DNA of 64,000 nucleotides from Oikopleura dioica. Taxonomy: Eukaryota; Animalia; Chordata. This document shows positions 45,273-56,800 of this stretch, piece by piece. Below the pieces are notes generated by a model. The model searched no databases, was not told the DNA's origin, and saw only the letters and a program-made list of their open reading frames with translations. Location: the NCBI GenBank assembly GCA_907165135.1, contig OU015568.1, positions 6,634,001 through 6,698,000 of the forward strand, read 5' to 3'. Position 1 is the stretch's first letter; every line of letters starts with the position of its first letter. Position numbers and translations under genes: made by a program.

Positions 45273-46920
45273 TTAATTAGTTGGAAGGGATTTTTCGATA
45301 TCAAGATAGAAATTGAGACAACCAGCACAAACATAATTGTCGTGCTCGCCAATTTTTTCACAGTCTTTGCAAAGAGGGCAGTCATTTCGACTCGCAAACT
45401 TGCTACCCGGAAGAGTATGACCAAGCGGCTTCGGCCTTCTCAGCACTTTTTGGCATCTTGGATCCTCACGGAAGCACTCTTTGCAGATCCAATCATTGAA
45501 GCTACCGAATTCGTGCTCGTCGTCTTCGTAATAGATGCACTCGGTGATAGCTTTTCTAAAAAGATATGATCAGAAAGAACTTTGTGATCTACTGGTTCGT
45601 ACGTTGCTGGCAATTCTGTTACTTCTTTTCTTGGCTGACTACCCCACGTCTTCTTGTTGCTGTTGTCGTTGTTGGTCGAGTGAAAGGTTGAAGTTGGCCA
45701 ACCTTTGTTGTCTTCTTTCTTTGGCTCCTTCTTTTCCTTCTTTGATTCCTTCTTTCGCGAAGGAGAAGCAGCGCGAGAAGAAGTCTGAGGAGGTGGAGAT
45801 GGAGCTGGGCGAACGTAATATGACGGGCGTGATGATGGTCCTCCTCGTAAATGATTATGAACAGTAGTTGCAGCGTTGTAAACATGTCGGACTGCGGGTG
45901 GAATGCAACGCAAGACTGAGGAAAAATGTTGGATAAAGGAACTGGGCTCGGCAACCTGAGTCAGGCCCTGGAAAAGCTAAAATGAAAAGCCGCGCAGCGG
46001 CTTTTTTTAAAACGAAGCCACAAAGGAGTTTAAAGAAAATTTATAGGGTTTGTTTGCGAAGTTGCTTTGCGGCTTCGTTTCTAAAAAAGCCGCTGCGCGG
46101 CTTTTCATTTTAGCTCTCCCAGAGCCTGACTCAGGTTTTCTACTCAGGTTGCCGAGCCTAGTAAAGGAACATTTGAATAGAAGTACCTGTATATCCAGTT
46201 TTCGTAAGCGTAATAGTCGTGTCCATGATTCCCTCGCACAGGGCAGGCACATACTTGTCGGGTATCTTGTTCAACTGCTTTCTTCTCGCGGCTCTTCGTG
46301 CATTAATTTTTGCTTTTCGTGCAGCTTTTTCCGTTCTGGTGCGGGCGCAATTCTTCGCGCTACATTTTGGGCTGGAATTTGCGGAAATTAAAGTCGACAA
46401 AGGAGTGTCTTGAACATTGCCACTGCGGGAGGACCTGATGGGTCCTTGATCAGCACGATTACTCGAAACGTACGCCAGCCAATTTGCGTTTCTGGAAGAT
46501 GACTCAGTAATTTTTCGACGAGAAGCGTCAGCAATCGCTCTGTCGAATCGAAGGTCCCATTCTTCATCCCTTTTCCTTTGCGCTTCTCGTCGTTCTTCCC
46601 ATCTTTGTCTATTCCTCTTGGCCCTCGTCTGCTCCAGTTTCTAACAAAGTTGAATAAGGGAACCCCCGCGTCCAGTAATTATAATCATGTTACAAAGATG
46701 CTGTTCTTTTTTGAGTACTTACGTCAAAAATGCAATATCCGACGCAGAGGATTACCACCAAAAGAGCAAGTAAAGCAAGAAGGGAGAGGAGGAGAATCGT
46801 GATTGGATTGAGCCAGAATTTCGGAGGAAATTGAAAGCCTAAATTTTCAAGGAATATTATTCGCTAGTTCGTAAAATAACCTGAAGTTGTCTGATTCTTT
46901 AGATCCGTCAGGAGGGGCAT
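45273..46920 (-). CDS. Orphan single-pass membrane protein with Cys-rich C-terminus
   Basis: Five exons join in frame: MPLLTDLKNQTTS|GFQF...ITILLLSLLALLALLVVILCVGYCIFD|KLEQ...GYT|VLRC...LPAT|KAITEC...CKEC...CPLCKDCEKIGEHDNYVCAGC...*. Confidence 0.6.
45942..46161. mobile_element. Foldback MITE family 1, full-length copy with perfect TSD
   Basis: CTGGGCTCGGCAACCTGAGT...ACTCAGGTTGCCGAGCCTAG flanked by TAAAGGAA on both sides. Confidence 0.9.
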
Positions 46921-47879
46921 CTTCAATTCTCTTTCTTTTTGTTCTGAAAATGAAAAATGAAGCTGATTAGTTCATTTTGTGATGCCCTGAATGAAGCTCT
47001 TCCTCTAAGAGCGCTCGTGATAAGGCGCGATTTAGCGGTATTTTTCTGATTTGAAAATCGCTGTCAGGAAATATTACGCATGAAAAACAACGTGATTGAA
47101 TTCGAAAAGCCTTATCGAACAGAAAGGTGGTGATAGCGATTCAAAGAATAGGATTTGCTTGTGAAATGAGTATGTTGAAGATCAGCTTGAAGATTTTCCG
47201 GGGGTTACTGCAGCAGAAACATTGATTTTCGTAAAAAAAGATACGTCCACTGAACATTATCTTGAAGGCTTCCTCGCTGTTCTTCAAGAATGCCGGGTGA
47301 TATGAATTGAATTACAGAACTTATCAATATCGAGCAAATAACCACCTTGTTTTTCCCTGGTCTGATGGAATATTTTTTCTTCGTGGAGCTTTGAAACCGC
47401 TTTTTGAGGTTTATAAGTTGAGATTTCAAAAATCATGATGAATAGTCTTAAAAAAGGATTAAATTAGGTACGGGTAAATATTAATCTGACGCCCTTATAG
47501 ATCAAAAAGATGCGTCAAAGCTACAGTAAGTCAGTAAACTTAAATTTGAGCTTCAAAAATTATCGTGGAAAAAGCTCAAAAAAGCTCTAGATCAGAAGTT
47601 TTGCAGCTTATCTTTCAAAAAAATGTTTTTCTCAAAACTCAGCCCGGATTCCGGAAATATACACAGAGAAAGAGCATTTGAGCGGTTTTAGAAAAATCAA
47701 GCTTTGGCGATGGCGAAATTTACTGATGCGTTTTGGTCGGCTCGATTGGAACTGGCTTTTCGGGAGATGCCGTGGAGCAAGATTAGCTTGGAAGAGATTA
47801 GAATTGGCGTTCAAGGAAAAGTTCTGAAAAGAAACTTTTGACGATTTTGTTAATTTTTCTGATTGAACTTTTCTGGTGA

Positions 47880-50800
47880 ACTTTTGTCAAAGTGAACCAG
47901 GGAGAAATAATAGAAACCGCGCTTGAAAAGGAGGAAAAGGAGTACAAGGTAATTCTGACAGCTGCCCGGCTAGAGGGGCTTACATTACCGACCGGTTTTT
48001 ATGTCGACTTTAGGGAACACTTCTGATTGAGTCGCTGCAGCTGTTTGCGTGTAAGTAAACCCACGAATTTCTCAATTTCCTAAAACCATGAAATTTCAAT
48101 TCTAAGGAAGATTAGATTTTCATCTTAGAAACAGCTTAGCTCGGCGACCTGTGTAGAAAACCTGAGTCAGGGTTCTGACTCAGAGATTTCGATTTTTCAA
48201 TTCCTTTTTGAACTTCCGGCGAAGCCGCTTTGCGGCTTCGATTTTAATAAAGCCGCTACGCGGCTTTTCCTTAAAGATCTTAAAGACCCTGACTCAGGTT
48301 TTTTACACAGGCTGACGAGCCCAGATTCCCCTATTTTCAGCCGAAAACGATGTCCGATTTGATTTGAGCGAAGATTTCAAAAACCAAGAATTTCAACTTT
48401 GCGTTGATAAATTTGTGGAAAGCATGGTAGCTGCTGATGAATTCGGAAAATACCCAACAGAGGATCAAATTAGCGGGACAATTCGAGTTTATGGCCCCTC
48501 TCAGATAAATGAAAAGTTCGAAACGATCATTGGCGAGCTTCGATGGACCATTTCGTTGATGACGGTTCCGGCCGAAAAGCCAAAAGAGCCCGTGAAAAAG
48601 GTCGAGAAGCCAAAAGCAAGGAGAGTGACACGAGTGAGAATCAAAGTACGGTCGTTCTGAAATTGCATTAGCTCTAACTCAGCTCTTTTAGCCAGTAACG
48701 AACCCTGACGTGCCTGCCGATTGCCGCCAGGTAAGCAGCCATTTTAATCCGATTACAGGAAGAAGAAACTCCTCGCCGATTTCTCCGTCCACGCGCCCGG
48801 GGGCACAGCGAGTATTTTTCGAGCGACGTTTGATTCTGTTTCGTTTTTGAAGAGTTTATTTTAGGATCCGCGAATGGCCAACTCGATTGTTTCGCAGGTA
48901 CAGCTAGAAACGAGTCGAAAAATAATGTATCGAACATTTACTAAACTAAAAAACTCCCAGGCAGGAATGGAAGAGATAGAAGTCCTTGTTCACGGAGCAT
49001 CGAACTTGTTCAAACCTGGAAAGGAACGACTACCACCGCGAAGGGCTCAAGAATTTCAAGAAAATTCAAGAAATAGGAAATTCAAAAAAGTGTCGGGAAA
49101 ATGCATTTTAATGAAACGAGGTGTCAAATTCAGGGCTTACAACGATAATATGCCTGTCAGAGATAGTGCTTCCAAGATTGCCAGCCTCTAAAATGAAAAT
49201 GTTACGTCTGCTTCCCGTGTACGTAAAATTAGCCCGTTCAAGTTCTATGAACAGGTTTAGAATGACTCTTTTCAGGAGATAGTCGATTTCGTGAAGATTA
49301 ATTTTCAAAATGACTTTTTCGCGAAAAAATTTCACTGAAAAATCGCGGAAACGATCTCTTACCCTGACTCAGGGTCCCTGAGCGCGACAACCTGTGTAGA
49401 AAACCTGAGTAGAAAACCTGAGTCAGGGTCTGAAAGATTTTTTGAAAAGCAGGATTGGAATGTTTTTGATTCAAAATCTTTCAAACCCTGACTCAGGTCT
49501 TCTACACAGGCTGTTGAGCTCATCCCCCAACCCTTTAACTTTTCAATCACAGTATAATGCCAACTAACTCTTGTTAAACCACAGAGCTACATTAGTAATC
49601 CCCCCTGTAAGCTTCCCCCTTTCGATTGAGCACAACATACGTAACACTAGAATACGTAATGGCCACTCTGAAGAGCAAAGTAGTTGCAACTTGCATTCTC
49701 AAAAACTGCCACGGACTGACCTTCAAAATTATTCTTGAGTCCAAGAGCAGCGTGCTTTTGTCTCATTCAAGAGCGAGTCCGACTTCGACAATAATGTTCC
49801 AGCAAAGTCATCAACCACAGTCGCGAGGAAATCATCAGCGCCAATTTGGGCAGAAGTTGTGCAACTCAAGGCCCGTGTTGTATTTTCATCGCTATTACCG
49901 TATTAGAGAGATATCTAATTATCAAAAAACATAATCCAAAAACGCATGCTCCGTCAAATGTATTAATTAATTGAGGGTAAACAAAACACCGATGATCTCT
50001 ATTTCGAACGGTTCTTTTTAGAGGTCAATCAAAGGCAAGCACTTTTTTTTCCAACGCGTTTTTCAAGTTCAAAGCCAACCAAGAAATCACGGCGATTCTG
50101 TCAATCATCGACTACGACAGCAAGGCGGTCCTCTCAAAATTCAAAATTCCTTCCCAGCGACTCCAGCCCTTCCAACAGTACCACTTAGAACTCGTCGACA
50201 AGGTGTCCCAACAACTAAAAATGTGCGATTCTAATCCTGTTTTCATTCACATAGGATACGAGCTGTTTTGTATCAATTCGTCGAAAGCAGCATTTGTGCC
50301 CTGAGAAATCGCTCGAATTTGTCCTTTGCGAGATGAGCGATGAGATCAACGACAACGAGCTTGACGGCTTCACCGGTAAAGAGCGCTTCAGAACTGGGCT
50401 CAGCAACTTGTGTAGAAAACCTGAGTCAGGGTCTGAAAAATCTTTTATGAAAAGCCGCGTTTTATGAATTCCGCGGCTTCATTTTTAAGAAAGCCGCAAC
50501 GCGACTTTTCATTTAAGATTTTTCAGACCCTGACTAAGATTTACCACACAGGTTGCCGAGCCCGGTTCTGAAATTTTTTAGTAAAGATTTATCTTTTCAG
50601 CTATTTTCCGGCCTATTTCTGATATTCTTCATTACCGGGAAAGCTACATGCAGGAAAGAGCTGCTTATAAAATAAGCTCGGCAGCCTGTGTGGAAAACCT
50701 GAGTCAGGATCTAAAATAATTTAAATAAAAAGCCGCTTAGCGGCTTTTAAATAATGAAGCCGCGAAGCGGCTTCGCCAAAAGTACCATTTGAATCCATTT

Positions 50801-53800
50801 TGAAAACTTAGCATCTCTCAAATACTCTCTCAAATACTGACTCAGGTCTTCTACTCAGGAAGTTCGAAGCAAGATTCAAGTAAAATGAGCTCTGTCGCAG
50901 CTAATCTTCGAAGGTCAAAATCGCAACGTTATCGACTTCCAGCCAATCGACTTGTTCAGCGAGACGCCGCGGTCGCCCTCCGACTCACCGGTTGGATTTC
51001 CTCAAGGAATGTTTTGTTACATCAGATAACCTAAAAAATACCCACGATAACGAAATGGTCGTTCAAGAACTCTCTCGCTCATGTTCCTGCCAATTTTTTA
51101 GAAGATTACACATCGCGCAAAAAATATTAGAAGCGTTCTACTCAAGTTTGGTTTTGACAGGCGCAGTTATGTAAATTGATTAATGATATTAAAAATTAAT
51201 ACAACATGCTAGTACCGGTAGTAAGCGGAGTGATCTGGGCTTAGCGCCTCAGCAAGATGATACTAGTGCTGATGATGGTTTTAATAGAGCTTGTAGTTTT
51301 CGTCATTTTCTTCATGTTTTCGCGTAAATTTGTTAGAAATAAGCTACTACTGTCACAGCAAGCCTGAGTCAGGGTTCTTGATGAGCTTTTATAGTAGCTG
51401 CGCAGCGGCTTTTTTCGAAATCAAAGCCGCAAAATGGCTTCGCCATGACTATCATTTTAATCTATTTTTGCAATTCTGGCCTGAATCAGGAAACCTGACT
51501 CAGGTTTTCCACACAAGCTGGAAACCTTACGAAAAAATAGACTAAAATGGTAGTTTTGGCGAAGCCGCGGAGCGCCTTCGATTTTAAAAAAGCCGCTGCT
51601 TGGCTTTTCATATAAGATCTTTCAGACCCTGACTCAGGCTTGCTACACAGGTCGTTTTATTCGTAGAATTCTTTTTCTAATTTGAAGATAGCAAGAGGTA
51701 GACCTTCAAATGCAGTAACAGATCTTTTTTTCAAAACAAGAAAAAAGCGATTCCAATGAGCTTCCGTGTCGCAAAAGCATCTCTTACTCGGCACTCATGG
51801 TGGCACAACGTAATCTTGACGCCAAGACATTGGTTACGACATTGAAGCACTTATTGAGTTACAACTGCACTTGTCGAATATCGAATATGTTTATTCGAAT
51901 ACGCAGATCACCAATTTGCGGGCTAAAAATAGCTCCTCTTAGAAAGAATACATAGAGGTTAACTCAGTAGAATTTGGCTTGAGCAAACTCTGGAACGATT
52001 TTAGAAATTAGCATTAGTAGAAGAATAAGTGGCATAGTTATTATCTGAACGTGGTTTTGCATGATGTTCTAAATCGCGCGTGGCATTTTGCCTTTTATTT
52101 GCGCAATGAACCTCATAATCATGTACCTTCTTGGCCGAGAGAGTTTTTTCTAAAGACAAGCTAAAACTTTGCTTTTTCTAAGAATCAGCAAGCTTCTATG
52201 CTCGGCAACCTGTGTAGAAAACCTGAATCTGAGTTTGAAATATCTCCTTTGAAAAGCCGCAAAGCGGCTTTTTTAAAAACGAAGCCGCAATTTTTTTTAT
52301 CAATTTTGAAATCTTAGAAAAGCCGCTTCGCAGCTTTGTTTTTGAAAAGCCGCTTCGCGGCTATTGTTCAATTAAGCTCGAAGCCGCAAGCGGCTTCTCG
52401 ATTCCAACAAGTTTACAAGCACCAGTAACCAATGAAAAGATATTGCGAAGGACTGTTCAATCCAACTTCCGGCTGCGTTGTGGAAATCTACAGAAATAGC
52501 CTGTTGGAAGAAACGGACACTGCTCTTTTGCGTTATCGAAAGGCACGGTTTCGGAACACGTGAACGTGAAAGTAGGAGCTGCGCATCTCCCCAATAACAA
52601 GAGCGAACCAACAATTACTTATTGTACAGGCAGGTAGACGATTATGCGACAAAAGTGAAGAATTTGATTACTCTGCGTTTATTCCGACGCGTAATTTACA
52701 ATTACGCAAAAGATCACCATCACCTTGTTGATTTTAGGCTAGCCAGATTGTTTTTTCTAAGGATTCTAGCGCTCTAAAAGGTATTCTTCGTCTCGAAACC
52801 GTTTAAAAAGCCATTTGGTTACGCTGAAATTACGATGCAGTCGGTCGAAGAAAATATTTTACAGCGGATGGAAGGAACGGAACTAGATAGCTAAAGACTT
52901 CTCCTGGCTCGGCAACCTGTGTAGAAAATCTGACTCAGGGTTCTGAACAGCTCAAATGAAAAGCCGCGTATGAAATAGTGATATTGCAAAGCCGCGACGC
53001 GGCTTTTCATTGAAGCTCTTCAAAACCCTGACTCAGGTTTTCCACACAGGTTCCTGAGTGCTACCTGTATTAGCCAGGAGTTTGACGGAACTTCTCTCGG
53101 GTCCGTTTTCTTACTAGTTCCCCTGCGAAACAGACGGTGTTTGCTTTACGAACATCCCGTTTCGGCAAATCCATCTCCAAGGGCCCGTGCTGCCGAAATT
53201 AAAGGTTGCATTCCGTCTGCTCCAGCGCGAGTCGTCGTTTCAGGAAAACGTGCAAAATTGCCTCTTAGTTGGCCCAATAGCCCGTTGCGGTCGACTCCTT
53301 AGTTTTCTAAGCCATAGGATCGAGGGTTCATGCGTAAATACTGAAGTTTCCGTTCCATTCCGGTACGTGGCGAATTTTTTTACCATCCGTCGGGAGCCGC
53401 AAATATCGAATTTGGAAGTAATTAAACGAACTTGCCGACCTTTAGCTTTTCAGGAACAAAACCGGTCGGAAACTAAGATAAAAAAAATTTCAAGAGGAGG
53501 GGGGTCCCTTAATTATCGTCTTTGATATTGTGATTGTACTGGGAACCCAGATAGATAAATTGCTTCCTTGTTTATCTCAAAACGGTGATATCGTGTTTTT
53601 TTGGTAGAAATTCTTGAGTTGGCAAATTTGCTTGGTCGGATGCCTATTTTTTGCCAGAAAATATTTGTGGAGGAGCCACAAAATGGAGCTAAAAATGCAT
53701 CAGAAATGGAGCTGATCTGGATCAAGTTTATAAAAGGAGATTAAGGGTGTCAACAACGATTTCACCAAAATTTTGACATCTGTTGTTGACACCCTTAAGC

Positions 53801-56800
53801 CTTAAGGGAACCCCCCTGAACTTTCCCTCCCCCTGTTAGAATGCAACTACCAAGATACCGTTAAGTAAAGAAATACTTGTGAAATATTCAGCAACAAAAA
53901 AAACTGGCACTTAGAGTGACTCGCCTCTTGCTTTTCAAGCGTTTAGCCCGCTGTTCAATTCTATAATTTTCAAAACGCAGATTGTTATACAAGTGACTTA
54001 TAACAACTTGTAAATTCAAAACATGGCAGGCACGTCAGCAATGAGCATTTGAGGATTTCCTTCCTCGCTTTGCTCCTCTTGCTTTCCTGTTGCACTCCGG
54101 ACTCCGGGCATTTTCGCGGTCGCCCTAAAATCCCCTTGATCTTGCTTTTTCCAAATCAAGGATTGGAGGGTTTCTGATATACAGTCGGACTCAGACTGTC
54201 TGAGGCCCAGGTTCTGAGCTCGGCGACCTGTGTTCAAAACCTGAGTCAGGGCCTGAAAGGTCTTGAATGAAAAGCCGCGCAGCGGCTATTTTGAAAACGA
54301 AGCCGCAAAGCGCCTTCGACGAAATTACTATCTGTATCTTTGCGGCTTCGTTTTCAAAAAGCCGCTACGCGGCTTTTCATTCGGGCTTTTTCAGGCCCTG
54401 ACTCAGGTTTTTGACACAGGTTCCCTAGCCAGTGCACCGTATATACAGTACTTTAATGTTCTTACAACAACATCTCTCCTTTTTCTTTCTCCACCCGGAT
54501 AATATTAATACCCCCTTCTTTATACAGTCACACTTCGTTTTCACAAACTTCGTTAAATTTAAGCACGGTTCAAAAGCTCGAGCCCGCAACAATCGGGCAG
54601 CTATTGTCCATTGACGTCGTCTCCCTGCTCAATCGTAAGTTACTTTGCTTGGGCAAACGTTCTATTGATTCGTAAAAACCGGAACTTGCCCCGACCCCGT
54701 TACTCAGGTGATGATCACTTCGGCCATGTTTCCTGTGTGTGAAAAACCATGTGTGTGCCTAAGCGAATCTCAGAATAGTATATAGAAACTAGAATACACA
54801 CGCGCCAAGAGACGCCGAAAACTGTCGCGCTTGGAACTTTTTTGATACAGATTTTTTGATTATAAGAGAAAAAGAGAAATATTCTAGTGTTCTAGCAACA
54901 TGTTCGGTAGGTTTCCGAATTTCTTACAGAAGCCGACTTCGATAACGAATTTTCCCATCAATCATCTGATTGGTGAAAAAATTTTTTTTTTGATTAACCA
55001 ATCAGATGTAGGATGAAAAAAATCGTTATTGAATTCGTACAGGAGCGGTCTTCGATAACGAATTTTTCCATCAACCATCTGATTGGTCGAAAATTTTTTT
55101 TGATTGACCAATCAGATAGAGGATGGTTTCTTTCAATAACGACTCTTTCCATCCTCCATCAGATTGGTCGATCAAAAATAAAATCTTTCGACCAATCAGA
55201 TGGAGGATGGAAAAAATCGTTATTGAAAGAAGCCGCTGTAGAGTCCTTTGAATAGCCAAAAATACTTGAAAAGTCAAGTGCAAAGGGAAAGAATAGGAAA
55301 TATTTTGAAGAGTCTTGATAATCGAGATTGAGATTAACTTTCATTATTTTTTTTTCAGTTCGAATGGGCAACTCCTCCGGGAGGCGAAAAGGACGAAGAG
55401 ATCAAGTTGAAGGTAAGATATGAGAAACAAAGAGGGCCCTGCGTAAGAATAAGCCGAAGCAACGATCAATTCCTCCCTTGGATTAATTAAAAAGCCGACT
55501 CGGCGGCTTCAATTTGAATATTTTTCGCGAACGGATCAGTATTTTGCAACGTGGGTGAACCCGACTTTGTACCTTAGAAAGCGAGAAAATATTTTCTCTA
55601 GCGATGATCAGATTCTGAGCTGGTGGTGAATGTTATGTGATGGTGACCAAATTGAATTTGGTCGGGGGTGTTTATTTTTTATTGGAAATCGTGATTTTGT
55701 TGCGGCGAGATCAATTTGTTCTGCATCAAGGTTTTTTCTAAAAAAGGGGATGGGAATCATGACTAGACAAAAATCTGTCTACAGGGCTCGGTAACCTGTG
55801 TTGAAAGCCTGAGTCAGGGTCCTGAAAAAGCTCTGCATCTGATACTAGGAAATAGAGTGGACCTTTAATTTGCGGCTTCGTTTTAAAAAAAGCCGCGCAG
55901 AGCTGTTTTAGGACCCTGACTCAGGTTATTAACACAGGTTTTTGACCCTGGCTGCACTTTTTTTGTGAAATAAACTCGAATTTATAGCCAAAATTGAAAA
56001 TTATCAATAAAAAAGCACCCAAAAAAATCCTTTAAAAATAAGATGATTTTCAGATGCTCCGTATCCCACCGACAGCGCCGTGTCAGACTTACTAGCGAGA
56101 GCGTACGAAGAACAGAGCGGTCAACCCGGACGCGACCTGGTCCGTGATCTATCTCCTTCACCAAGTCAGCTTCGCCGCGCATCGCTCAACGAACATGAGC
56201 GACAACAGGAAAGGGACTTCATCATCACATTTTCAAAGCGAGCAGGGAGGCAGGGGGTTTTCTTTTAGAAAATAGAATACCATTCTTTCCTCGCCCCTGT
56301 TATTAAATTCGCTGAGAAAGAGATTCCACCGCTTCTTTTTTTTAAAAAGAAAACGTTTTTAGGGTTTTATCAAAAGCGGAATGTGAGGTTCATCAGGTAC
56401 TTCAGCTCGCCGTGGACAAGATCCTTAAAAGTCGTGAAGAATAAAAGATTTCCGCTATCCAGATCCATGTGAAAGTATTTTAAGTCCCTTCCAAAGAGAG
56501 CTCTTATGAGAATGTCCGCAGATCTTCTAGCGGAAAGAAAACACAGCAAAGGTTTACGAAAATTCTTTCCCCAAAAAGGTTGCTTTGCTGGCTGTTGTTT
56601 GGACCCTCTAAATGGCGAAATAATAGCCCGTTTACGGGTCAAGAATAAGATTTGATTTAGCAGAGATTTGTGACAATGGCAAGTCGTGTTGTATCAAGTG
56701 TATTTAATTTTGAGAAAGATGACAAATGATCTCGCTGTCATGTGTTTTGCAACATTGAAGTATCTGACCTACTACTTGCAAAATTATTTTTAACTTCATT

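Noticed and set aside
45440-45560. ORF-track C-terminus ...IQDAKKC* for the 45.4-45.9-kb ORF
   Set aside because: A GT-AG intron after ELPAT shifts into a more protein-like Cys-rich frame ending at 45273
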